The position numbers and the translations under genes were made by a program. Shown piece after piece: positions 1 to 13,696 of a stretch of 64,000 nucleotides of DNA. The DNA comes from Macrostomum lignano (taxonomy: Eukaryota): contig NIVC01003997.1 in the NCBI GenBank assembly GCA_002269645.1, forward strand, positions 1,873 to 65,872. Reading direction: 5' to 3'. The notes under the pieces are model-generated. The model had not been told where the DNA came from and did no database searches. It saw only the letters and a list, made by a program, of their open reading frames with translations. Numbering within the stretch: the stretch's first letter is position 1; every line of letters starts with the position of its first letter.

Positions 1-239
1 CTTGAACCTCCTCTGGTACTGTAATCCCTCTTGGTATTGAGAGGAATTCTCTTTGGTAGCCAAACGAATCCCGTTTTTAGTTGGGTAATCCACCCTCATT
101 CGTACTAAAGGGGATACATATTGGTAGTCAGTGGAACGCCTATTAGTACATGGGGATTCTCATGGATAGTTAGAGAATTTCTATCTTGTTAGTCGAGGGA
201 ATACCATGGTAGTCGGGGATTCTTATTTGCATGGGGAGG

Positions 240-510
240 GGGAATCCCAATTTTGGTCAAGGGAATCCCCATTGGTGGTTAAGTATTCCCCATTTGTGGT
301 CAGGGCCGGAATCCTATTGGTGGTTAATGGAATCCCGATTGTTGATCTGGGAAATTCCCATTGGTGGTCAGGGGAATCCCCATTGGTGGTCAAGGGAAAT
401 CCCCATTTGTGGTCAGGGGAATCCTCCTTTGTGGTCAGGGGAATCCCCATTGGTGGTCAAGGGAATCCCCATTTGTGGTCAGGGGAATCCCCATTGGTGG
501 TCAGGGAAAT
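240..510. repeat. 22-bp minisatellite (ggtcaggggaatccccattggt) in last TRIC intron
   Basis: About 12 imperfect tandem copies visible. Confidence 0.85.
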
Positions 511-607
511 CTTATTTTTTGTCATTTGAGGGAAGCATCATTGGCTATTCTAATCTTAACACGCAAGAAAAAAACTGCATCTTTTTAAAATTCTCCCTTC
601 TTTCCAG

Positions 608-854
608 GCTGGCCTCCAAACTGCTGCACATCCACGATCCTTTCCGGCCATTTGAGAGCGTCTTCTGCACCGTCCTCCTTGGCGGCCTGGTTGACGCCAT
701 ACGCCGCGCAGCCGAGAGCTCCCCGGCTACGGCCGCGGTGCCTGCCACCGGAAAGACATCAGGCGGGCAGCAGCAGCACCAGCAGCAGAAAGATGTTAGC
801 GATGGAACAGCTAACGGCTTGGCCAGAGACAAGGAGCAGAAGAAGAACGATTAA
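608..854 (+). CDS. TMEM38: Terminal exon of trimeric intracellular cation channel (TRIC/TMEM38); gene begins upstream of window
   Basis: Acceptor tttccag|g at 607/608 (phase 2). Encodes LASKLLHIHDPFRPFESVFCTVLLGGLVDAIRRA, matching the invertebrate TRIC C-terminal motif (L..LL.IHDPF.PFE..FC....GG..D). Low-complexity tail, TAA at 852-854. Confidence 0.65.
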
Positions 855-1243
855 GATGAGCAAATCGACTTCTCGGAAACTTTTAACCGTTGTTATCTGT
901 TGGTTATGTTCTGGTCTGTGAGAGTTAATTGGCCGGTCAATCAGTGTTTAAACCAGCCCAATTTTTATTGGCTTTTGTCAGTAATTCTAGTCTAGTAGTC
1001 TACAATGTATTTGTAGTATTGAATTCGACCTTCGCTAATGAATCTGCATAGCGGTATTATATTATTTGTATTGTTCGTCTGAAATGAACGAATAGATGCT
1101 TGTTAGCTTGGAAGCAAGCTCGGTACCATTTAACCTTCTTTCTGACTGCCGACTTTCAGCCCCTAATTTTTTTAGTCACCATACGAACACTTATGATTAC
1201 GAATTTGCAAATCAAATCAGTCTCAATCATTTAAAGTCGAATG

Positions 1244-2830
1244 CTCACCCCACTCCGTCTCTCTAACCCCTTGGGTACTCTACACTCGCCCACCCCACTT
1301 CGTCTCTCTAACCTCTTGCGTACTCTACAGTCGCCCACCCCACTTCGTCTCTCTAACCCCTTGCGTACTCTACAGCCGCCCACCCCACTCCGCCTCTCTA
1401 ACCCCTTGCGCACTCTACAGCCACCCACCCCACTCCGCCTCTCTAACCCCTTGCGTACTCTACAGCCACCCACCCCACTCCGCTTCTCTAACCCCTTGCG
1501 TACTCTACAGCCGCCCACTCCACTCCGCCTCTCTAACCCCTTGCGTACTCTACAGCCGCCCATCCCACTCCGCCTCTCTAACCCCTTGCACACTCTACAG
1601 CCACCCACCCCACTCCGCCTCTCTAACCCCTTGCGTACTCTACAGCCACCCACTCCACTCCGCTTCTCTAACCCCTTGCGCACTCTACAGCCACCCACCC
1701 CACTCCGCCTCTCTGACCCCTTGCGTACTCTACAGCCGCCCACTCCACTCCGCCTCTCTAACCCCTGCGTACTCTACAGCCGCCCATCCCCACTTCGCCT
1801 CTAGCCCCTTGCGTACTCTACAGTCGCCCATCCCCACTTCGCCTCTAGCCCCTTGCGTACTCTACAGTAGCCCATCCCCACTCCGCCTCTCTAACCCCTT
1901 GCGCACTCTACAGCCACCCACCCCACTCCGCTTCTCTAACCTCTTGCGCACTCTACAGCCACCCACCCCACTCCGCCTCTCTGACCCCTTGCGTACTCTA
2001 CAGCCGCCCACTCCACTCCGCCTCTCTAACCCCCTGCGTACTCTACAGCCGCCCATCCCCACTTCGCCTCTAGCCCCTTGCGTACTCTACAGTCGCCCAT
2101 CCCCACTTCGCCTCTAGCCCCTTGCGTACTCTACAGTAGCCCATCCCCACTCCGCCTCTCTAACCCCTTGCGCACTCTACAGCCACCCACCCCACTCCGC
2201 TTCTCTAACCCCTTGCGCACTCTACAGCCACCCACCCCACTCCGCCTCTCTAACCCCTTGCGTACTCTACAGCCACCCACCCCACTCCGCCTCTCTAACC
2301 CCTTGCACACTCTACAGCCACCCACCCCACTCCGCCTCTCTAACCCCTTGCGTACTCTACAGCCACCCACCCCACTCCGCTCTCTAACCCCTTGCGCACT
2401 CTACAGCCACCCACCCCACTCCGCCTCTCTGACCCCTTGCGTACTCTACAGCCGCCCACTCCACTCCGCCTCTCTAACCCCTGCGTACTCTACAGCCGCC
2501 CATCCCCACTTCGCCTCTAGCCCCTTGCGTACTCTACAGTCGCCCATCCCCACTTCGCCTCTAGCCCCTTGCGTACTCTACAGTAGCCCATCCCCACTCC
2601 GCCTCTCTAACCCCTTGCGCACTCTACAGCCACCCACCCCACTCCGCTTCTCTAACCCCTTGCGCACTCTACAGCCACCCACCCCACTCCGCCTCTCTGA
2701 CCCCTTGCGCACTCTACAGCCACCCACCCCACTCCGCCTCTCTGACCCCTTGCGTACTCTACAGCCGCCCACTCCACTCCGCCTCTCTAACCCCCTGCGT
2801 ACTCTACAGCCGCCCACCCCACTCCGCCTC
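1244..2830. repeat. 45-bp minisatellite with higher-order blocks
   Basis: Unit ccccttgcgtactctacagccgcccaccccactccgcctctctaa, about 35 copies. A variant block (cccacttcgcctctagcccct) recurs near 1790, 2060 and 2510. Confidence 0.95.
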
Positions 2831-3498
2831 AACCATTTTCGCCACTTATTGATCATGGCTAGCTCGTAACAGTGCAAATTTCCTTGTTCATTTTTCAAGG
2901 CTACGCAATCGATCGTAGCGGGGCTAAAGTCCGAAATCTGGCCCAATTTGCCAGCAAGTTCGATCCTCGCATTATTTTCATGCAACATCTTGCTGCTTTC
3001 GATATTTATTGTTCGTTTCTTTTTTTCTAATCATTTTCTAGTTTAGCAGACCGCTGTTCATTGTTGTACTTTAAAAATGAGTTTCGAATAAAAATTTTCG
3101 ATAACATTTTTGACTAATTTTGTTAGTTATCGACCGAAGCTTCTAGTACTTTTAGTCAGTATGACCTCGCCACACCTGTTTTTGGCACATGCCTTTTGCT
3201 GTGTACACCTGTCGCTTTTGATCGCATTATGTTTGTGTGTGGGTGTGGTAGCTTTTTACCCGTGTTTTTTAGTCATATCCTACAGCAGGCATATCAACCA
3301 GTATTAGTTTGCAGTATTAGACAGTCGCGCATGCAGTGCATCTACTTGCTTACCCGTCTATACTGTAGTTTGTGGCCTTGCTTATTCTTTTCTTCCGGTT
3401 TCCTATCAGAACAATAAAACCTTTCTTTACCCGAAGATTCTGCCGCTTTTTTGCTCATAGGCTTTGCGTTTTTATTCGCGATTACAGTGAAATAGACT

Positions 3499-4127
<629 letters not shown>

Positions 4128-4361
4128 TAGAATTCAGCAAGTCAGTATTCTCAGTTCCGAAGTTAATGTCAATGCTCCCACAGCTCTAGCATTTAACGGT
4201 CCCGTCTATTTGCATGCTGGTCAGATTCATTGCACCGCCGAGCTCCCCAGCGTCAGAGTGAGTAGACAACAGCCCGACAGCACGGAGAGGAGAATCGCAG
4301 GACTCCGCCACCGCCTGATGCTCTTAATCAGCAGCAGTGGCAGCCGCCCAGCTCAGCCAGG

Positions 4362-7300
4362 ATGAAGCGGGCTGAACCCAGCAGCAGCGGCGGCGGCGGC
4401 CCAGCCGCGGAGGAGTCGCTCATGACGGTAGTGCAGGACATGAGCCGCCAATTAGAAGAGAAAGCCGACCGATTAAATCTGCGCTCGTCAAGCGTCAGAC
4501 GAATCATCAAGGAGGTGCTGAGCGATCAGGACGTGGTGAGCATGTTTCGCGAGTACCTCAGCTGCGACAAGCCGCCCGCTGCGGCCTACGAGCCGAAGCT
4601 CACCCGCAGTCAGGTGAAGCGGATCTGCTTGGACTCTGCTGCGGCCGCTTCGTCAGCTTCAGCTGTTGAAGCCAACGCCGATCGCGAGGACGCCGCCCTC
4701 GACGATAACGACAACGACGACAATGACGATGAGGACGACGACGAAGAAGACGACGGAGATTATGTTGTGGCCGAGGACGAGGAGGACGACAAAGACGACG
4801 AAGAAGAAGACGAAGATGAAGACGATGACGTCACTGTCGCAAATAAGTGCGGCGACAAAGACTTGCCAGCGACACCTGTCTCCGCTGCCGCCGACGACGA
4901 CGCCGTCGCCGCCTCTGCGACCTACGCAACTCGTTCGCGCTGTCCGATTCCGGACTTCTCTTGGGAGAAATACGAAGAGGCCATACTGAAGAGCGACTTC
5001 TATTTGGGCGACTTTGCTGTGAGCGTCTCTGGGTCTTTGAGAGGCCAATGTTCAGAACCTAGTGTCCCATCCTGAGGATCACCTGACAGGATCAAATAGG
5101 CGGTGTCCCATCCTGGGGATCACCTGACAGGATCAAATAGGCAGTGTCCCATCCTGGGGATCACCTGACAGGATCAAATGTCCAGCTTCAGAATCAGGTG
5201 TCCCATCCTGGGGATCACCTGACAGGATCAAATAGGCGGTGTCCCATCCTGGGGATCACCTGACAGCATCAGATAGGCGGTGTCCCATCCTGGGGATCAC
5301 CTGACAGGATAAAATAGGCGGTGTCTCATCCTGGGGATCACCTGATAGGATCAAATAGGCGGTGTCCCATCCTGGGGATCACCTGACAGCATCAGATAGG
5401 CGGTGGCCCATCCTGGGGATCACCTGACAGCATCAGATAGGCGGTGTCCCATCCTGGGGATCACCTGACAGGATCAAATAGGCGGTGTCCCATCCTGGGG
5501 ATCACCTGACAGGATCAAATAGGCGGTGTCCCATCCTGGGGATCACCTGACAGCATCAGATAGGCGGTGGCCCATCCTGGGGATCACCTGACAGCATCAG
5601 ATAGGCGGTGTCCCATCCTGGGGATCACCTGACAGGATCAAATAGGCGGTGTCCCATCCTGGGGATCACCTGACAGGATCAGATAGGCGGTGTCCCATCC
5701 TGGGGATCACCTGACAGGATCAAATGTCCAGCTCCAGAATCAGGTGTCCCATCTTAAGGATCATCGCATTTCATCCAGCTCGACGACGTGGACTTGGATG
5801 CCGATGCAGTGTCGGCTTCGATTCAGCCGTCCAGTCAGTCGCAGACGCAGCAGCAGCAGCCGCCGCCTCTGCTCTCGACGCCGCCGCCAAGCGGCGCGCC
5901 GTTGGACGACATCGGCGCGGTCAAAGCCGAGGACGCCGCCATCTTTGATGAGGACGACGTGGAGTTTCGTAATTTCCTACGCGACATCTATCTGGACCGC
6001 ATCGAGGTGGCCGACCCGCCCAATGAGGCCGAGGAGGACGCCGATTTTAACGTGATGGCCGAGCCGGAGGAGGCGTACCAGGAGGACTTCGTTGAGGATC
6101 TGCGCTACAACCGGGCGTCTAGGATTCCCAAGCGGGAGGTTCGGGATTTGCTTGACGAGATTTGCAGCGACCTGGTGAGCTGGACGCGAACTGAACTTGG
6201 GATGGGGTAGGTGGATTGCTAGTCTAGTCTATTTTAAAAGAATTATAGTGGATTGCTAATCTAGCCAACTTAAAGAAATATTGATTGCTGGGGTTGCTAG
6301 TCTAGCCATCTCTTAGAGAGGTATCATGTATTGCTAGCCTATCCAACTTGTAAGGATACAATGGATTGCTAGCCTATCCAACTTGTAAGGATACAATGGA
6401 TTGCTAGCCTATCCAACTTGTAAGGATACAATGGATTGCTAGCCTATCCAACTTGTAAGGATACAATGGATTGCTAGCCTAGCCAACTTGTAAGGATACG
6501 ATGGATTGCTAGCCAACTTGTAAGGATATAATGGATTGCTAGTCTAGCCAACTTGTAAGGATATAATGGATTGCTAGCCTAGCCGACTTGTAAGGATATA
6601 ATGGATTGCTAGACTAGCCAACTTGTAAGGATACAATGGATTGCTAGCCAACTTGTAAGGATATAATGGATTGCTAGCCTAGCCGACTTGTAAGGATATA
6701 ATGGATTGCTAGCCAACTTGTAAGGATATAATGGATTGCTAGCCTAGCCAACTTGTAAGGATATAATGGATTGCTAGCCTAGCCAACTTGTAAGGATACA
6801 ATGGATTGCTAGCCTACCTGCGCCACTCGCACTAGCTCCTCAAGCCTCTCTCATCCCCTCTTCCCCAACAGTTCGACTCGCAGCTGTCCGCCGGCCGCCA
6901 TCTCCAGCAGCAGGCCGGCGCGTCCTCCCCGCCCCAGCCGCTGTCCCAGGACGATCAGGAGGAGGCGACAGCCGAACCGGAGTGTTTGCTGCAGCCCTGC
7001 GCGGTGGAAGACCTCAGCCAGGAGCAGCGAGTGGAGCTGAGAAAGCAGCTCACAATGTACGTGCAGCTGTTATGCACCATGCGCATCACCTGCCATCAGC
7101 AGTCGCCTGAGCTGGCCGACTCGGCTAAGGTGCATCTCAACGAATTAAAGCTGCTAGCCGATGCTTACGAAGCCGCTAATCCGGCGAGTACTTCGATCCT
7201 GCGCGTGGCCAATCTCGATGGCGCCGTTTCGCTGGCTGACAATTTTGCCGGGCTCAGCGACACCGATCTGCTAGTGTGCTACAGCCGCCCCAGTCGCTCC

Positions 7301-10300
7301 CTGAGCTCCCGGTCCGACTGTACAGCTGATGAATTAGCGGAATCTACTTATCTAATGCCGCCTCAGCTGTGCAACCTGTTCCTGACCTCTTCCGTGTTCC
7401 CCTACGCCCAGCTGTTCCCGCCCGGCATGTCCGCCTCTGTTTGCCGGTCAAAGCGGACCGTCTTCACGCCTAGCGAGGACCGCCTGCTGCTGCTCGGCCT
7501 CACTCAGTTCGGTCATCGAAGAGACGTGTTCCAACTGATTAGCAAGTACACCATGCCCTGGCGCAGCCAGGTTGCTATCAGCGCCAGGTGTGTCTATTTG
7601 AGCAAGCTGCAATCTTTGCTGTTTAGAGATTCGCTCTGTCCGGCTCGAGTGCTGACCAGGTGAGAATTATCTTATAGAATCAGATATAATCATTGGTAGG
7701 ACCATTATCAGTGGGATCAATGTCTATGGGATCAATTTCTATGGGATCAGGACCTGTGGGATCAGGATCTGTGGGATCAATGTCTATTGGATCAGAATCT
7801 GTGGGATCAGGATCTGTGGGATCAGGATCTGTGGAATCAGGATCTGTGGGATCAGGATCTGTGGTATCAGGATCTGTGGGATCAGAATCTGTGAAATCAA
7901 TGTCTATGGGATCAGAATCTGTGGGATCAGAGTCTGTGGGATCAATGTCTATGGGATCAGAATCTGTGGGATCAATTTCTATGGGATCAGAATCTGTGGG
8001 ATCAATTTCTATGGGATCAGAATCTGTGGGATCAATGTCTATGGGATCAGAGTCTGTGGGATCAATGTCTATGGGATCAGAGTCTGTGGGATCAATGTCT
8101 ATGGGATCAGAGTCTGTGGGATCAATGTCTATGGGATCAGAATCTGTGGGATCAATGTCTATTGGATCAGAATCTGTGGGATCAGGATCTGTGGAATCAG
8201 GATCTGTGGGATCAGGATCTGTGGTATCAGGATCTGTGGGATCAGAATCTGTGGAATCAATGTCTATGGGATCAGAATCTGTGGGATCAGAATCTGTGGG
8301 ATCAATTTCTATGGGATCAGAATCTGTGGGATCAATTTCTATGGGATCAGAATCTGTGGGATCAATGTCTATGGGATCAGAGTCTGTGGGATCAATGTCT
8401 ATGGGATCAGAATCTGTGGGATCAATGTCTATGGGATCAGAATCTGTGGAATCAATGTCTATGGAATACCTTTGAGATCAAAATGAGTCACTGGGGATCA
8501 AAAGAATCCACGCCAACTCAAACCCGAACAGATCCCTGATTATCAGCTGCCTACGCCGGCGACAGCACCTGCTCTCAGCCGCATCCCAGCCCCAAGCGGG
8601 CAAGTCCGCGGCCCCAAGCTCACCGCCGCCCGACTCTAAGCAGTCTGAGCCGGACTCAATCGATTTGAACTTTTGCCAATCCAACTGGATCAACTCCGTG
8701 CCGATTCTAACCGACTGCGTGCTGGACCGACCAGCCGACTGGTGCCACCTACCGCAGCTGTTCCGCCAGCACCTGCTGCTTGAGCGGCCCCGCCTTCGCG
8801 GCCAGCTGCTGAAACCAACGGAGCCGAACCCGCTGGAGCGGGACACCGCCAATGATCAGGCTAACAAGCTGTTCAAACGCTGCCGGATACTGTTTAAAGA
8901 TATGCGACACGAACGGCTGCTAGGCGTGCGACTGCTCTGGCGCGATCCTCAGATGGCCGCGGTTGTTCCGGCGTCGTTGAATCCGCCGCCGCAGTCGCTG
9001 CAGCGCCGACGCCGCGGTCCGAAGAGGCGGCGGGTTTCCGGCCACCCTATGACCATTCGGCAGGCCCTGCTGGCCAGCGGTCGCCGGCCGCACGACCGCT
9101 CGCCGACTCGACTGCTGATGCCACGGATTTCGTCCGTGTCGGGCTCGCAGCAGCCGCCAGCCCAGCTGCCCTCCCCGCCCATCTTAGACACCGCTTCTGC
9201 AGAGTGCGCCAATCAGGTTAAGAAGAAAGTCAAAGACTACTTGCTGAGTAGAATGCGGATGAAGTCGGGCAATTTCTCTTCATCTGACATGCCGCCGCAG
9301 CCTCCGCCACAGCCTCCACCGCCGCCGCCGCCGCCACCGCCTGCCGTCATGGCGAAATCCTGCCGCTTAATTCTACCCAAGCCTCCGTCTGTGCAGGCGT
9401 CTACCGCCGACACTTGTCAAATTGCGTCGGATTTGATCCTGTCCGAGCTGCGCTCCCGGCGCAGGGATCAGCAGGTACAGCAGCAGCAGCAGCAGCAGGA
9501 TATGCCAGCCCTAGTTCTAGCCCTGCAGTCGTCGCAAGCGTCATCGGCGTCTTCATCGTTGTTGTCGTTTCTATCAGGTCTGCAGGCGACCAACTGCATG
9601 GAGACGTCGATTAGTCCGCCGGCCGGCTGCAACGCCGACCTTCCGACCGACGACGCTATTACCATGGCGGCGCCAGCCGCGGCGGCTGACGACTATCAGA
9701 TTCAGTCGCCGTTGCCGCCGCCTCCAGCGTCGATCGCTGCTGCAGAATTATCCATTGACACTAACCAGCCGCCAGCGACACAACCAAAAATGGAATTGGA
9801 CGATGATGCAGTTATAGACGATAAAGACGCTGTCGATTTATCGCCGGAGACCATACCGACGCTTAGTTGCTTGCCGTATCTGTCCGAGTTTTTGCAGTCT
9901 AACACCTTTAGAGAGCTGCGGCGCGGTCGGTAAGTATCCAGGGTGAGGAACGCTTCATAGGGATCAGGATTTGGGATCACAATCTGTGACCAGAATCCTG
10001 GGGATCAGAATTTGGGATCACAATCTAGGATCAGAATCCTGGGGATCAGGATTTGGGATCACAATCTGGGACCAGAATCCTGGGGATCAGAATTTGGGAT
10101 CACAATCTAGGATCAGAATCCTGGAGATCAGAATCCTGGGGATCAGAATCCTGGGGATCAGAATCCTGGGGATCAGAATCCTGGGGATCAGAATCCTGGG
10201 ATCAGAATCCTGGGGATCAGAATCCTGGGGATCAGAATCCTGGGGATCAGAATCCTGGGGATCAGAATCCTGAGGATCAGAATCCTGGGGATCAGAATCC

Positions 10301-13300
10301 TGGGGATCAGAATCCTGGGGATCAGAATCCTGGGGATCAGAATCCTGGGGATCAGAATCCTAGGGATCTTCTCGATCAGAATCCTGGGGATCAGAATCCT
10401 GGGGATCAGAATCCTGGGGATCAGAATCCTGAGGATCAGAATCCTGGGGATCAGAATCCTGAGGATCAGAATCCTGGGGATCAGAATCCTGGGGATCAGA
10501 ATCCTAGGGATCTTCTCGATCAGAATCCTGGGGATCAGAATCCTGGGGATCAGAATCCTGGGGATCAGAATCCTGGGGATCAGAATCCTAGGGATCTTCT
10601 CGATCAGAATCGAGAAGATCAGAACCCAGGGACCAAGATCCATCCTACACATTAGGATGCAAGTGATCAGAATCCATTTGATAAGGATTTTACTGTTCTC
10701 ATTACCTCAGAAGTTACCATCATAATTCAGAGAAATAATGCATGAAGGCTATTGCTTTTAATCCTATGAATAAAAATCCCTAACATGCGTTCATCTTCTC
10801 AGCTGGAAACCGGGCCGCAGCGGCCGCCTGGACCAGGAGAATCTGGATCAGCTGGTCACTGACGACCTGTGCGAATCCGGCGGCGCCGATGACGACCGCG
10901 ACATCGAATTTGCGTCCGCCTTCCTGCGTTGCCTGCGCACAGAGCTGAGCTCGACGCCGGAGGCCTACTGGGAAGCGCTGCAGACAATTGGCCGGCTGGC
11001 GGAGACTCCCGACTTGGACCAGGTAGGGCGGCTGCTTGTGTTTGGTTTAACAAATCGCCCTTGTATAGCTTAGAGATTCGCCATTCAGTAGCTTAGAGAA
11101 TCGCCATTCAGCAGCTTAGAGATTCGCCATTCAGTAGCTTAGAGATTCGCCATTCAGTAGCCTAAAGAATCGCCATTCAGTAGCCTAGAGAATCGCCATT
11201 CAGTAGCCTAGAGAATCGCCATTCAGTAGCTTAGAGATTCGCCATTCAGTAGCCTAAAGAATCGCCATTCAGTAGCCTAGAGAATCGCCATTCAGTAGCT
11301 TAGAGATTCGCCATTCAGCAGCTTAGAGATTCGCCATTCAGTAGCCTAAAGAATCGCCATTCAGTAGCCTAAAGAATCGCCATTCAGTAGCTTAGAGAAT
11401 CGCCATTCAGTAGCCTAAAGAATCGCCATTCAGTAGCCTAAAGAATCGCCATTCAGTAGCTTAGAGAATCGCCATTCAGTAGCCTAAAGAATCGCCATTC
11501 AGCAGCCTAAAGAATCGCCATTCAGCAGCTTAGAGATTCGCCATTCCGTTGCTTAGAGACTGGACTGAGGCTACTGAGATCGCCACTCCGCACACCCCTC
11601 CCTACTCAGGTGAGCTTCTACCGCTCCGCGCTGTCTGCTCTGCCCGCCCACGCCGGCTGCTCCCGCAGCATGCTGGCCGGTTTCGTCTCCGTGGAAACGG
11701 CGCTCCTCGTTGACGCCCTGCCGAACCACCTGAGCGTGTGGCGCAACCGCTGCCTTGTCCGCAAGATTCACCGCCAACTGCGGGAGCAGCGCTGCAAATC
11801 GCCCATTGTGCTGCACAGATTTGAAAAGTCCCTGGCCCGTTGGATGTCCACGGCCAGTTCAATCCCCGACGATAACCGACTAGCCAGGCTGATTGACGAT
11901 TTGGACACTACGTTCAAGTACTTTCCTTACTGCTTGTCCGAGACTCTGTCCCAGTTTCCCGAGGTGCCCAACTTTGCCGAGTCTAGGGACGCGTTCGAGT
12001 ATGTCGACTTGACGTCTTCGCAGCCTTCTGCCGCGACCACGGCATCGGCGGCGCCGTCCACTGAGGATTTCGCTCGGCGTCCCCGCGACAGCGTATTCGA
12101 ATGCCTGCCGGAGAGCCTCGGCCTGCACGAGGATCGCTCGTTAAGCTGTTCGTGCGCCTGTCACGTGACTTCTCCGACTAATCCAGCCGAGGCGCAGAAG
12201 TCCAAGGAGTCCGGTAGTTCGGCCGCGACCATTCCGGGCGAACGTCGGGTACTTCGCCACTGCGACAACTGCGCCCTGGTGTCCAGGCATCACATGCTGC
12301 TAGTTGAAAAGCTGGAGTCCCGCCGGCTGCGACACTATGACTACGCGTGCGTGCACTTTCCGCCGGAGTTCCGTCCCAGATCGGATCTGCCACCGGCGCC
12401 TCAAGTGAGCTACACGAACTCTTGATCGTGTTCTTCCACCTCTGTGACCCTAGGTGACCTCCAGGGATCTCGTAGCCTTATGACCCCTTGGTCTCATGAC
12501 CCCTTTACCTCATGACCCCTTGACCTCATGAGCCCTGACCTCATGACCCCTTGGTCTCATGACCCCTTGACCTCATAACCCCTTGGTCTCATGAGCCCTG
12601 ACCTCATGACACCTTGAGCTCATGACCGATTGACATCATGACCCCTTGACCTCATGACCCCTTGACCTCTTGAGCCCTCGACCGCATGACCACTTGACCC
12701 CATAACCTACCTGTGTGACGTCGAGTGGACGTCATGACTTCTTTTCTCTCTATGACCTCGAGACGTCGTCATAACCCCTTGCCTCCGGGCTCTCTATGAC
12801 CTCGAAGTGATCTCGGGTCATCTGTTGATCTTATAAATTATTTCATGACCCTTTAATCCAAAGTATGAGTAGATCTATGATCCTATGCACGTGTATAACG
12901 ATGTCCGCTTCTTCAGGTGGACGCCGAGGTGGTGGTCCCCGCCTACCGGCCGGCTTCTTCGATCCAGCAGCGGCGCCAGCAACCCACTGGAGGCGTCGGC
13001 AGCGGCAGCAGCGGCGGTGGTGGCGGTGCTAGCGGCAGAGACAACACCGGAAGCGGCGGCGGCGTCGGCGGTGGCTGCGGCGGCCAGCCTCGGCATCGTC
13101 AGCAGCATCGAACCGCCGAGTCGGCCGCCCTACTCGAGGAGACCTTTGCCGTCACCATCCGGGCCGCGGCGCTGTACGCGGACGCCGAGGAAGACAACGA
13201 CGAGATTTCCGCCGCCGGCGCTTCTTCCTCTGTTGACGCCGGCGCCGCCAACGCCGTCGTTGAGGTCGAATCCTCGACGACAACCCGGTGCGGCCCGGCG

Positions 13301-13609
13301 TCCGCCATGACGCCGCACGAATACGAGCTTGCCGAGCGTCGGCGGCCTCTGTTCGAACCGTCGGCGTCGAGGCGGCGCCTGGCTGACCGAGCCTGGACGG
13401 AGGCGGAGGACCGGGCGATCCTTCAGCACTGCCAGGCCAACGGCTTCTCCTCCGGCGCTTTCCGCTGCCTGAGCGAGCGCCTGCTGGACAATCGTACGGT
13501 TGAAAGCGTCCGGCAGCGCTTCCGCTTGCTGATGCGCTCCTACCTGGCCGCCCAGGGCGCCGAGTACTCCACCTCCGATATGGACGAATTGAGCGACTGC
13601 GACGAGTGA
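4362..13609 (+). CDS. GON4L: GON-4-like protein (GON4L/YY1AP1/Drosophila mute homologue), about 1650 aa
   Basis: Phase-consistent exons 4362-5018, 5779-6174, 6872-7659, ~8532-9929, 10803-11022, 11610-12404, 12917-13609 with GT-AG ends; the exon 3/4 junction is uncertain. Family motifs: ATRSR..I, EFRNFL..., DADFNVM, EDLRYNRASRIPKREVRDLLDE, FTPSEDRLLLLGLTQF..LISKY, PAH-like IEFASAFLRCL...YW..L, SCSCACH...HCDNC, and a C-terminal Myb/SANT-like WTEAEDRAIL..C...RFRLLM. Confidence 0.85.
5061..5755. repeat. 41-bp minisatellite, GON4L intron 1
   Basis: Unit gtgtcccatcctggggatcacctgacaggatcaaataggcg, about 16 copies. Confidence 0.95.
6330..6815. repeat. 35/30-bp minisatellite, GON4L intron 2
   Basis: Unit atggattgctagcctatccaacttgtaaggataca. 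Confidence 0.93.
7700..8470. repeat. 15-bp (30-bp dimer) minisatellite, GON4L intron 3
   Basis: Units tgtgggatcagaatc / tatgggatcaatgtc. Confidence 0.93.
9958..10625. repeat. 15-bp minisatellite, GON4L intron 4
   Basis: Unit ctggggatcagaatc. Confidence 0.93.
11066..11555. repeat. 23-bp minisatellite, GON4L intron 5
   Basis: Unit gcttagagattcgccattcagta, about 21 copies. Confidence 0.94.
12478..12700. repeat. Degenerate 16-bp minisatellite, GON4L intron 6
   Basis: Unit tgaccccttgacctca. Confidence 0.8.
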
Positions 13610-13696
13610 CCCGAGTCTCGGATACGAACTGTGACGTACTTTTATTGCTGTACTTTCCGTTCTAATGGTCTGTTTCATCTGTGTCATCACTCTGTT

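Noticed and set aside
240-510. Tandem NF-kB-like sites (GGGGAATCCCC) in the TRIC intron array
   Set aside because: A single palindromic seed amplified by repeat expansion explains the multiplicity; there is no independent evidence of function.
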